From: Bdellovibrionota bacterium
Lineage (GTDB): Bacteria; Bdellovibrionota_C; UBA2361; JBIKWN01
DNA: 16,624 nt
Reading direction: 5' to 3'
Assembly: GCA_044356295.1 (NCBI GenBank)
Contig: JBIKWN010000126.1
Location: 1 to 16,624 of the forward strand
The notes beneath the pieces were generated by a model. It did not search any database, was not told the DNA's origin, and was given only the letters and a program-made list of their open reading frames with translations. Positions 1 through 7,448 of the stretch are shown in pieces (positions within the stretch are counted from its first letter, which is position 1; each line of letters starts with the position of its first letter). The translations under genes and the position numbers were made by a program.

Positions 1-332
1 ATTGCGTCATACATTACAAGACATAAGGAGCCACCAAACAATATATTGTCCTTGTCTAATTTAAATTCAATATTGAACGTTTGCTGCCCATCTTCAGTAG
101 TCTCAGGCTCAACTATTAAGTCTGGATAACTTAGCAGAACATACAACAACGCATCACTGTTAGCTATCTCAATGATTCCTTGATTGCTATAGGAGAAAGA
201 CTTCTTAGCTTCTTCTAACTGTTCTTTATTTAAATTAAATACTGCTGCTTGCTGATAGCAGTAATGTAGATCACTGTTACTACTGTTTAAATAGGGCATA
301 CCTAAATTAATACTATGAATACCTTGCATCAT
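1..332 (-). CDS. Paralog family A member, runs off the left edge (not in ORF track)
   Basis: Manual translation from ATG 332 (GAGGA about 10 nt upstream): MMQGIHSINLGMPYLNSSNSDLHYCYQQAAVFNLNKEQLEE...LLYVLLSYPDL...LCLVMYDA. Matches 350..1045 (LHFGYAQAAVFE...LVYVLLSHSNL...KLVMYD). Confidence 0.85.
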   Translation of the reverse strand, partial: MMQGIHSINLGMPYLNSSNSDLHYCYQQAAVFNLNKEQLEEAKKSFSYSNQGIIEIANSDALLYVLLSYPDLIVEPETTEDGQQTFNIEFKLDKDNILFGGSLCLVMYDA

Positions 333-349
333 AGTATTGAGATCCTCTA

Positions 350-1045
350 TCATAGATGCTCCTCCACTTTGTAGATCCTTGCATATACAAGCTGATTAGG
401 ATTATCACTTAATCTATATTTAGTTCTAGATATTGGAATATGAACACTAAAAATACAATTAGGATTATCTTTAATAAGCCTTTGTGTCTCTTCATCAAAG
501 TCATCAATTTGCTCTAATAGCTTTTCTCTGCAGACCTTATCTCCTATAAAGAAAGTAGGATCTGTCTCTACTCCAACTACAGTTGCAAGAACTACATAGC
601 CCTCTTTATGATGATAAATTACTCTATCCCCAACTTTAAATGGATCTACGGTAGACTTCTTATAGACTTTAATAGCAGGAATGATGCGTTTATTGACGTA
701 GTCATACATTACTAGCTTTACTTCTTCATCGTAGTTTTCTAAAGTCTCTTGCTCATCAATATCAAATTCAAGATAGTACTCATTGTCGTACTTTAGAGAT
801 TGAGTCCTCTTTAAATTACTATGACTAAGAAGTACGTAGACTAAGTATGAATCTTCATTTACAGATACCGTTACTTCTCTATCTAGTTTATCTTTATTCC
901 TGTCTACCCAAGCCTTGTCTGTTTCAAATACTGCTGCCTGTGCATATCCAAAATGCAACTCTTTTGTATATCCATATCCATCTGCATCTACAGTCCTATA
1001 TAGATCCATAGATTCTAAATAGCTAGGAATAATGTTGGCGCTCAT
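350..1045 (-). CDS. Paralog family A hypothetical protein with a C-terminal KOW/SH3-like segment
   Basis: 231 aa ORF with shared motifs AAVFE, YVLLSH, VMYD..KRIIPAI, FKVGDRV, NPNCIFSV. Confidence 0.85.
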   Translation of the reverse strand: MSANIIPSYLESMDLYRTVDADGYGYTKELHFGYAQAAVFETDKAWVDRNKDKLDREVTVSVNEDSYLVYVLLSHSNLKRTQSLKYDNEYYLEFDIDEQETLENYDEEVKLVMYDYVNKRIIPAIKVYKKSTVDPFKVGDRVIYHHKEGYVVLATVVGVETDPTFFIGDKVCREKLLEQIDDFDEETQRLIKDNPNCIFSVHIPISRTKYRLSDNPNQLVYARIYKVEEHL

Positions 1046-1048
1046 ATA

Positions 1049-1468
1049 TTAATATCCTCTTACTTCTTTGTTCTGGTTTAAATCGTACTTTAATTCTTCT
1101 ATGCTTCTTTTAATCTTAATTACTTTGCCTTTAGTTACATGTTGCAGTAATTCAATATGGTGACACTCAATAGAATATTCTGGCGCTACTTCTACTAATT
1201 TATTTAATATCTCTAGACTGTCTGTATATACATAGAAGGTGTTAGAAGCATAATTCTCTGCGGCTTTAAATAGCTCTATTAAATAGTCTCTGTATTTACT
1301 ACTGTGCGTGTTTACTTCAATTGCTGCGTTTATTACAACAACTCCTTTCTTTTTATGCTTATACTTAAGAAAGGAGTTTAACGTAATAAAGCACTGTTCA
1401 GAAGAAGCAATCTCTCTGCAATAAGCTATAACTGCTTCTCTCTTTCCACTGAAGATGTTAATAGTCAT
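1049..1468 (-). CDS. Degenerate C-terminal half of an ABC/AAA_21-type ATPase (likely inactive)
   Basis: VVVINAAIEVNTH resembles Walker B/D-loop hhhhDEIENGLH, FYVYTDSLEIL resembles the H-loop FATTHSLE, and the C-terminus EELKYDLNQNKEVRG resembles COG1106-type ATPase tails. No P-loop. Confidence 0.6.
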   Translation of the reverse strand: MTINIFSGKREAVIAYCREIASSEQCFITLNSFLKYKHKKKGVVVINAAIEVNTHSSKYRDYLIELFKAAENYASNTFYVYTDSLEILNKLVEVAPEYSIECHHIELLQHVTKGKVIKIKRSIEELKYDLNQNKEVRGY

Positions 1469-2207
1469 TTAGATTAAAACAAACAAATGCTCTTGTCTCA
1501 CTAGATATAAACTGCACGGAAGATAAACAGTTTTCTCTTAAGAGATATTTATTGTCTACCTCATAAACCCAAGCCTCTCTGCACACAATATACAGTAAAT
1601 CTGGATTATTAGCTACAGTTAATTGGTCTTCTTTAGACAAAAGATAGCCTTCATCTAGCAAATCACGACCTAATGCAATGTCTGCTCTATGATGACTTTT
1701 AGTCTGCTTGACTTTAGTTACTTTACCAATAACGGTAACATAATTCTCTTCATCTTCTTGCCAGTAGTCCTTACTAACAAGATCACCTACCTTATACTTT
1801 GGCTCTTTTAGTTTGTTCTTACCAACTAATTCAATTGCTGCACTAAAAACCTTCCTTGTTGTGTTGTACATTGCTAGAACGTTTATACCTTCAGTTAATT
1901 CATTCCTAAAGATATAGGTGCCTTCTTCAGTATTAACCGTTAGATCTACATGAGTAAGTGCGACGTACAAATAAATAATATTTAATTCATTAGTTTCATC
2001 TAGATTAGAAGAACTCTCAGTAAAGCTCTGCAGGAATGTTTGAGGAATGTCCTTATACTTCTCTGCTTGTTCTGTTGTAATCTTAAACCTTGCACAGTAA
2101 ACTAAAGACCATGTAGGCTCATCAGCTAGTGCTTCGTCTACAGTAGTAAAGGTTCTAAAGTTAGGATAGGAGTAATAAGGAGTTTGAAAGCTATTATTAT
2201 TAGTCAT
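1458..2207 (-). CDS. Paralog family A hypothetical protein (start revised to ATG 2207, 249 aa)
   Basis: The track start at 2261 runs through a terminator-like hairpin; ATG 2207 has GAGAG upstream. Motifs LYVALTH, AMYN..RKVFSAAI, YKVGDLV, NPDLLYIV, YEVDN. Confidence 0.85.
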   Translation of the reverse strand: MTNNNSFQTPYYSYPNFRTFTTVDEALADEPTWSLVYCARFKITTEQAEKYKDIPQTFLQSFTESSSNLDETNELNIIYLYVALTHVDLTVNTEEGTYIFRNELTEGINVLAMYNTTRKVFSAAIELVGKNKLKEPKYKVGDLVSKDYWQEDEENYVTVIGKVTKVKQTKSHHRADIALGRDLLDEGYLLSKEDQLTVANNPDLLYIVCREAWVYEVDNKYLLRENCLSSVQFISSETRAFVCFNLNDY

Positions 2208-2227
2208 ATACGTTTCTCTCTTAGTAT

Positions 2228-2255
2228 AAAAAAAGTAGCAAGGCACGACACTACT
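2228..2255 (-). terminator. Intrinsic terminator-like hairpin (3' end of element 2)
   Basis: Minus strand AGTAGTG-TCGTGCC-TTGCTACT (stem includes G-U pairs) followed by a T run. Confidence 0.6.
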
Positions 2256-2312
2256 AGGCAAACAAATGGATTTATCCCTACAAAACCCTTCTACCGTACC
2301 TTAATGTAGTAG
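2228..2312 (-). ncRNA. Putative structured RNA or attenuator, copy 2
   Basis: CTAC..AAGGTACGGTAG 5' motif, short GGA-TAAA-TCC hairpin, then terminator. Homologous to 2372..2497. Confidence 0.45.
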
Positions 2313-2371
2313 TTGAGTTATTAAAGACAATATTTTTAATTAGTCTTAGTTAAGTTCTTTTAAGAACAATT

Positions 2372-2402
2372 AAAAAAAAGTAGCAGGATACGACTGCTAC
2401 TT
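2372..2402 (-). terminator. Intrinsic terminator (3' end of element 1)
   Basis: Perfect 9-bp stem AAGTAGCAG/CTGCTACTT with a 7-nt loop, running into T8 on the minus strand. Confidence 0.8.
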
Positions 2403-2497
2403 AATCTGACAAAACACAAATAAACCACCACAAGAATTAACACATATACCTTAATTCTTGCACCCATAAGACCTTCCTACCGTATCTTAGAGTAGTC
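2372..2497 (-). ncRNA. Putative structured RNA or attenuator, copy 1
   Basis: CTAC..AAGATACGGTAG 5' motif, perfect 10-bp hairpin CAAGAATTAA/TTAATTCTTG (2431-2460), then terminator. Confidence 0.45.
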
Positions 2498-2512
2498 AAG
2501 TCAACTAGTAAC

Positions 2513-2846
2513 CTATCTCGTATTAACTTGATACGGACATAAGCTCTGCATTATATACTCTTCTTGATTCCAATTAGTGCTTTCAAAGTCTGGCTTTGAC
2601 CACGTAATAAGACCATACGCCTTATTAAACTTAGCTAAAGATCTAAATTGAGAGGCCAATAAGTATGTATTTTTTTTGATTACCCCAATAAGTATTAGGG
2701 ATACTGGCATATTGCTCTTTATCTGGTATTAAAAATGCCGCTGTTTCTACTAGCTCAAATTCAATAGGATCATGGTTCTTCCAGTTATCAATACTGCATT
2801 CATCTATTAATGCTTGCCGTTCTTTAACCTGTTCTATTTCACTCAT
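2513..2846 (-). pseudogene. About 110-aa hypothetical gene split by one extra base in an A8 run
   Basis: ORF from ATG 2846 (MSEIEQVKE..YWGNQK) joins the 2513 frame (NTYLLASQF..) if one A is removed from the 2670-2677 homopolymer. Confidence 0.6.
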
Positions 2847-2850
2847 TGTT

Positions 2851-3432
2851 TTACTGTATCTCTTTAAACGTATAGTCACTCTTGTATCTATTACTAAAGT
2901 TGTAGCCTACCTCATATCTTAGTACATTATCTAAAATACTTAGCTCTTGAATAATATAACTGTTATTAGTAGCAACAATAAGGATATAGCCCCGTTTAAT
3001 AAGACTCTTAATTACAACGCATAAACTAGCATAGTCTTTTAGATTGACAAATCTATCCGGCTCTTCTAATACAATTAGACTATCAGGTACAAATTCTAAA
3101 ACAGCAGAGTATGGATGCCTATTACTAGCCGCATTATAATCACTTATATAACCATGTATATCTGGCAGATTTAAATAGTCAATACAGAGATGATGACATA
3201 GCACGGCTATAGATATTAGTCTGTAGTCATATAATCTATGTCCTATTCTCTTTGCAACAGATCTCTTAGGCTTAGTTTTTACTAGCTTTAACCAATTAGA
3301 AGTACTATGATATGAGCAGTTGTAGTGATACTGCTTAACTACATCTACTGGGTATTTGTATTGCAACTCCCCACTTAATAGAGTTAGTTTACCTAGCTCT
3401 ATCTCTAGTGTCTTTTTAATTATGAATCTCAT
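2851..3432 (-). CDS. Degenerate ABC/AAA_15-type ATPase-like protein (P-loop lost)
   Basis: IKKTLEIELGKLTLLSGE resembles the pre-P-loop strands but lacks GKS/T; SLIVLEEPD is Walker B/D-loop-like; ILIVATNNSYIIQEL is H-loop-like with His replaced by Asn. Confidence 0.7.
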   Translation of the reverse strand: MRFIIKKTLEIELGKLTLLSGELQYKYPVDVVKQYHYNCSYHSTSNWLKLVKTKPKRSVAKRIGHRLYDYRLISIAVLCHHLCIDYLNLPDIHGYISDYNAASNRHPYSAVLEFVPDSLIVLEEPDRFVNLKDYASLCVVIKSLIKRGYILIVATNNSYIIQELSILDNVLRYEVGYNFSNRYKSDYTFKEIQ

Positions 3433-3454
3433 TGCTTTCTCTATTACCTATTTA

Positions 3455-3479
3455 ATAGCACTAGTAATACTAATGCTAT
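3455..3479 (-). other. Intergenic inverted repeat/hairpin
   Basis: Minus strand ATAGCATTAGT-ATT-ACTAGTGCTAT with one G-U pair; no U tract. Confidence 0.4.
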
Positions 3480-3485
3480 AGTCTA

Positions 3486-4139
3486 TTATTCCTCTAAACC
3501 AACTACTCTCCATGAAGCAAGAATAATACTGTTGTTGACTTCATAGAAAAGCAAAGGCTCTCGTAATACATAAAGAAGATCTGGATTATACGTTATAAAC
3601 TGTACATCTTCTTCTCTACATTGTTTTAGTTGGCCTAGTAGTTCTAATTCAGTGCCTTTATACACTTCAAACAGATCATTATAAGACTGGTATATTACAT
3701 CAGTAATAATACCTGTTTTAGTTACTTCTCCTTCTTCCCAGGCAATTCTAGTATTAATACATAGGGCTGTGTACTCTTCAAATCTAATCTTCTTCTTGTT
3801 AACAACAATAGCAGGAAAGTATTTCTTCTTACTAATACTGTATATAGCAGCACTGCTTTTTGAACTAGTTAGACCCTTATATGTAATAACTCCATCAACA
3901 ATACTTAGTTCTTTGTTGTTTGTAGCAACGTACAATAGATGTTGATGCTCTAATTCATTAACGCCCTTTACAATAGCAGTTATGCACGTATCTTCTAAAT
4001 CTCTATACTGTTCTACCTGCTGCGGCTGAAGCTCAAATACTGAGCACAAGACAAGAGAAAAGTTATTGGGTGGATCTTCTCTAAGCTCATCAACATAGAT
4101 GGCGCCACTTACATCTAATAGTCTATTAATAGTACCCAT
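3486..4139 (-). CDS. Paralog family A hypothetical protein
   Basis: AGGAG RBS; motifs FSLVLCSVFE, LLYVATN, AIYS..KKYFPAI, NPDLLYVL, YEVNN. Confidence 0.85.
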   Translation of the reverse strand: MGTINRLLDVSGAIYVDELREDPPNNFSLVLCSVFELQPQQVEQYRDLEDTCITAIVKGVNELEHQHLLYVATNNKELSIVDGVITYKGLTSSKSSAAIYSISKKKYFPAIVVNKKKIRFEEYTALCINTRIAWEEGEVTKTGIITDVIYQSYNDLFEVYKGTELELLGQLKQCREEDVQFITYNPDLLYVLREPLLFYEVNNSIILASWRVVGLEE

Positions 4140-4236
4140 TTGTTTATTCTCCTAAGTTAACTTAATTAATTCTGTTTAATGGCTTAGGGTCTAACTATTC
4201 TCCAGCCATCATTGCTTTTACTATCCGTTGTTGTTA

Positions 4237-4851
4237 TTAGAGTCTTCTTATCTTAATTAATTCTCTTGTATTTACTAAAGCCTCAAATCCTTTTACTCTA
4301 TACTTATGATGTAGAGTTTTTACTAGGTACAATATATGCGGTATCAAAGACTGCTGAGTTTCATTGTCTAACGTTTTAAATAGACGTCTAAATACGTCTG
4401 CCTTTAATTCTCTACCAGTAAGAACTATAGAATTATTTTTTATAGTCTCAACTATTTCTTCTATAGTACTTACATAGTGAGTTTCGTCAACATCCACTAC
4501 AATTACTTCTTCACCTACTTCAAATATTTCTTCATTATCCACACCTACTATTTCTATATATGGAACTATTGTTCTTGTTCTCATATTAAACATAGCAGTG
4601 TGAATTAGGCCGCCTTCTAAGATGGGATCATAGCCTGCATAAGTATAAGTGCTCTGTTCTTTGTCTTTATATAAGATATTGCTTGGCGTGTTAATTAACA
4701 CAGACAACTGATTTAAATTAGAGTCGTAATAGTTTGTATCTGCATTAATGTCTTGCTTCTTATCATAGTTTTCACAGTAGAACCTTATTACTAATTGCTG
4801 TAGTAAGTCTTTATCTGTTACTTGAAGCATATTCAGTAGTTCTTGAGTCAT
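4237..4851 (-). CDS. Paralog family A hypothetical protein (most diverged member)
   Basis: Motifs AMFNMRTRTIVPYIEI, FEVGEEV, IPHILYLV, KYRV; ATGA overlap with the upstream gene. Confidence 0.75.
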   Translation of the reverse strand: MTQELLNMLQVTDKDLLQQLVIRFYCENYDKKQDINADTNYYDSNLNQLSVLINTPSNILYKDKEQSTYTYAGYDPILEGGLIHTAMFNMRTRTIVPYIEIVGVDNEEIFEVGEEVIVVDVDETHYVSTIEEIVETIKNNSIVLTGRELKADVFRRLFKTLDNETQQSLIPHILYLVKTLHHKYRVKGFEALVNTRELIKIRRL

Positions 4852-5222
4852 TTACTTTTTACCATTAGTATTTTGTCTGGAGGTATTATAGATGCTTCAG
4901 TATCCCATTCCCAATTATTGCGGGGCAAAGGAAGACCATTACTATCACAATCATAGTTAAGTATAGTACAGTCTTGCTTCCACTTCTCAATATCTTTATA
5001 GTAGATAATTAATGAGGCGTTGTCTTGGCATTTAAGAATGCCCCTATTATCTGCATTCTCTTGCCACTTCTCAGGACAAAAGCAATGAAAGTCAAAGCAA
5101 TTAGGTCTAGCATCCAGACGTTCTAAGCCTACGGTAGTTACATATAATTGTTTTTCTATCTCTACAACATGCATTACGTAGCGCTCATTGTCTATAAGCT
5201 TTGCTCTTAGAATTATTGACAT
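4848..5222 (-). CDS. Hypothetical protein (start revised to ATG 5222, 124 aa)
   Basis: MSIILRAKL...; stop overlaps the next start. Confidence 0.7.
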   Translation of the reverse strand: MSIILRAKLIDNERYVMHVVEIEKQLYVTTVGLERLDARPNCFDFHCFCPEKWQENADNRGILKCQDNASLIIYYKDIEKWKQDCTILNYDCDSNGLPLPRNNWEWDTEASIIPPDKILMVKSK

Positions 5223-5223
5223 A

Positions 5224-5419
5224 CTAATAGATTTTATTAAGTATTTTATTAATATTGCTAATACTTTTCTTATATAACACACTCAAGCTGCTAGCATAAG
5301 CCTTCTTGAAATACAAAAGGATGTGTTCTGTTCATATAAACAGCAAGTCTATGCATAGCCAGCAAAGAACACTGCTTATGTCTATTGCGTCTTATCCATC
5401 TCTTACTATGGCTCTTCAT
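5224..5419 (-). pseudogene. Small basic protein gene with an apparent frameshift
   Basis: ATG 5419 overlaps the upstream TGA (MKSHSKRWIRR..HP). Removing one base near CCTTTT continues LYFKKAYASS..NKIY* to TAG 5224, 1 nt before the next ATG. Confidence 0.4.
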
Positions 5420-5724
5420 TTTGATTTAAGTAATTTAGATAGTTTAGAATACATATTAAAAAGTAAGCCCAACGTAATACTGCAAACAATGCAAGTAATA
5501 GACAGAACAATACAAATAATACAGTATATGAATATACCCCTGCCTATATTCACTAATCCTTGATAGAGTAAGCTAAATACAAACTTTATAGTTGTAGACA
5601 CTAAAGGCAGAATAGAAGGCAGTGAGTATATTACTATAAATGAACCTATAATAGGAACACTTAGTACTCTTATGACTGTCAACAGAAAGATTAAGTGATC
5701 TAGTAGTACTAATACTATAAGCAT
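5416..5724 (-). CDS. Membrane protein
   Basis: 102 aa with long hydrophobic stretches; coupled to both neighbours. Confidence 0.65.
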   Translation of the reverse strand: MLIVLVLLDHLIFLLTVIRVLSVPIIGSFIVIYSLPSILPLVSTTIKFVFSLLYQGLVNIGRGIFIYCIICIVLSITCIVCSITLGLLFNMYSKLSKLLKSK

Positions 5725-5726
5725 TA

Positions 5727-5888
5727 CTAAGTCTTTTTGACATAAGAATAAACAGTTGTCTCTTTATTATTCTTAGCCAGCTCTGTTTGACTAGTACACC
5801 ATCTTTTTGCATCTTCTTCGGTATTAAAGGCCAAATCAATCTCAAAGCTCTGATCAGCCTTTTCTACTTTAACTTTATACATGTGCAT
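5727..5888 (-). CDS. Small hypothetical protein, 53 aa (not in ORF track)
   Basis: AGGAGG RBS then MHMYKVKVEKADQSFEIDLAFNTEEDAKRWCTSQTELAKNNKETTVYSYVKKT*. Confidence 0.8.
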   Translation of the reverse strand: MHMYKVKVEKADQSFEIDLAFNTEEDAKRWCTSQTELAKNNKETTVYSYVKKT

Positions 5889-5920
5889 ATATAGGTCCTC
5901 CTGTTTATATTTACTTAGTA

Positions 5921-6817
5921 TTAATTGTGAGCACTGTTCCAGTAATCAATTATGTTAGAGTAATTAACTCTTTGATCTGTGGAAGAGCGAGAAGTAGGCG
6001 CATATTGCATCTCTACTGCATCAATATACATTGAATGGGTAAAGTCATCCCCCATGTATAACTTATTCCACATCTCTTCAGAGAAGAATCTCTTTAACTT
6101 TAACTGCTCAATACCTAGATTATCAAAAGACAATAGACACTTGTCAAATAAAGATCTTACATAGATTATCCAGGATTGAAGATTATCTTCTACTGTCTTG
6201 TCAAAGTAAGTAATACCTCTTCCAAACGTCTTATAGCCTAGTACTAATATCTTTCTAGGAGCGCCCAGTTCAAGCATAGTAAGTACGTCTTTTACTGTAT
6301 GCACTCCTGCAATCATATGCAGTACTACTCTCTCTTGCGCTGTACTGGTTAACCAGGTAGGGAGACTAGCTACATTTACTATAGATACTCCTATTCCCTT
6401 AACAAGATCATTAACTACTAACTCTTGTATCAAGGATCTGTACTGAGTTAAGTGGCCCTGATTAATGGTGATATTGGCGTATTTACCTTGTTGCTTTACT
6501 GCGTACAAGAACTGTAACAGATTAGGGTGAGCTAAAGGATTTCCTCCACCAATAGCCAGCTCAATACCTTCAGGTAGAATAGCTAATTGATCTAGTAGTA
6601 GAGATATGTCTCCATGCCTTCCTTTAGTAGTAGAATCTTCATGACAGTAAGCGCAAGGCATATTGCAGTAATTAGTAATCTTTACGTCAATACTAGAAGG
6701 AAAGGCTGCTTTGGGATTAACTACGCTACTCTCTTTTGTAAACGTTCCACTGCTGTAGAGCGTGCATTTAAAGTCTCCATTTACATAACTTGCTAATACT
6801 ATATCTTCTGTTATCAT
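5921..6817 (-). CDS. Radical SAM enzyme
   Basis: CxxxCxxC motif (DVKITNYCNMPCAYCHE), GGE-like motif IGGGNP, ANITIN strand; no C-terminal SPASM cysteines. Confidence 0.93.
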   Translation of the reverse strand: MITEDIVLASYVNGDFKCTLYSSGTFTKESSVVNPKAAFPSSIDVKITNYCNMPCAYCHEDSTTKGRHGDISLLLDQLAILPEGIELAIGGGNPLAHPNLLQFLYAVKQQGKYANITINQGHLTQYRSLIQELVVNDLVKGIGVSIVNVASLPTWLTSTAQERVVLHMIAGVHTVKDVLTMLELGAPRKILVLGYKTFGRGITYFDKTVEDNLQSWIIYVRSLFDKCLLSFDNLGIEQLKLKRFFSEEMWNKLYMGDDFTHSMYIDAVEMQYAPTSRSSTDQRVNYSNIIDYWNSAHN

Positions 6818-6823
6818 TATTAA

Positions 6824-7273
6824 CTAATCGCCTTTAGTAACTAAAACTGATTTGGGATTAAAAATAAACTCTCTTAGAAGTTCGGGTACTTCAAATAAGT
6901 AATCAATATCTCTATTTTCAACGGACTGATGATCTATGTATCCTGTATTCTCTGAAGGCAGTACAACTTCTAAAGGCGCCCCTACTTGATCTTGAATAGT
7001 CTTAATTAAGACGCTCAAATATCTATTTTTATCTTTTTCTTTTTTTTGTATCCAATCTCTTATGTAGATAGCGCAATATGATGCCTTTGCTTCTGCTCCA
7101 TAATATTCATGCACACTTAGACCAAAGTCATATCCTCCTATAACAATCTTATTGTCCTTATTAGGATATAGAGTTTCTAGTACGTCTCCTAATTTACTTT
7201 CAATAATAGTTATACTGTGTGTACTTGAAGAGTTTGTCTCAAATAAGTTATGTCTAGTCTGTATGGTATTCAT
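6824..7273 (-). CDS. 'RxxxFETNSSSTHS' N-terminal motif protein, radical SAM-associated
   Basis: MNTIQTRHNLFETNSSSTHSITI, GYIDHQS and LREFIFNPKS motifs; ends 6 nt before the radical SAM gene. Confidence 0.8.
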   Translation of the reverse strand: MNTIQTRHNLFETNSSSTHSITIIESKLGDVLETLYPNKDNKIVIGGYDFGLSVHEYYGAEAKASYCAIYIRDWIQKKEKDKNRYLSVLIKTIQDQVGAPLEVVLPSENTGYIDHQSVENRDIDYLFEVPELLREFIFNPKSVLVTKGD

Positions 7274-7296
7274 GTCTTTATCTTTTTGCTATATCT

Positions 7297-7400
7297 CTAT
7301 TCAAACACAATTATGCCTCCATAGGATCCAAAGAACAGTATTAGCAGTATTCTTGCTGCATCATCCAACTCATTCCTCTTTGTCTACAGAATAGCTATTT
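7297..7400 (-). pseudogene. Remnant resembling the C-terminus of 10245..10736; may still encode a 23-aa TTG-start peptide (7297..7368)
   Basis: LFCRQRG/(frameshift)/ELDDAARILLILFFGSYGGIIVFE* versus MFCKARHIRLSIKQHLQLLCFFYSPPIGGLIRFG*. Confidence 0.45.
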
Positions 7401-7448
7401 ATGCTTTTTCTTTATTATTTAATCACATTCTTTTAAAGCTATTAATAT

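Noticed and set aside
2208..2261. N-terminal extension of ORF 1458..2261
   Set aside because: Translates a terminator hairpin and U tract; the better start is 2207.
2228..2500. CRISPR mini-array, tRNA or known riboswitch
   Set aside because: Only two diverged units with no constant repeat-spacer pattern, no cloverleaf, and no aptamer consensus I recognise.
4152..4163. 12-bp palindrome TAAGTTAACTTA and similar AT-rich palindromes near 2354 and 12670
   Set aside because: Expected by chance at this AT content; no shared consensus among them.
1..4851. Diversity-generating retroelement behind the paralog array
   Set aside because: No reverse transcriptase and no near-identical template/variable repeat pair seen in this window.
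5573..5845. 90-aa minus-strand ORF
   Set aside because: Overlaps, in another frame, the RBS-supported 5727..5888 gene and the 5416..5724 membrane gene.
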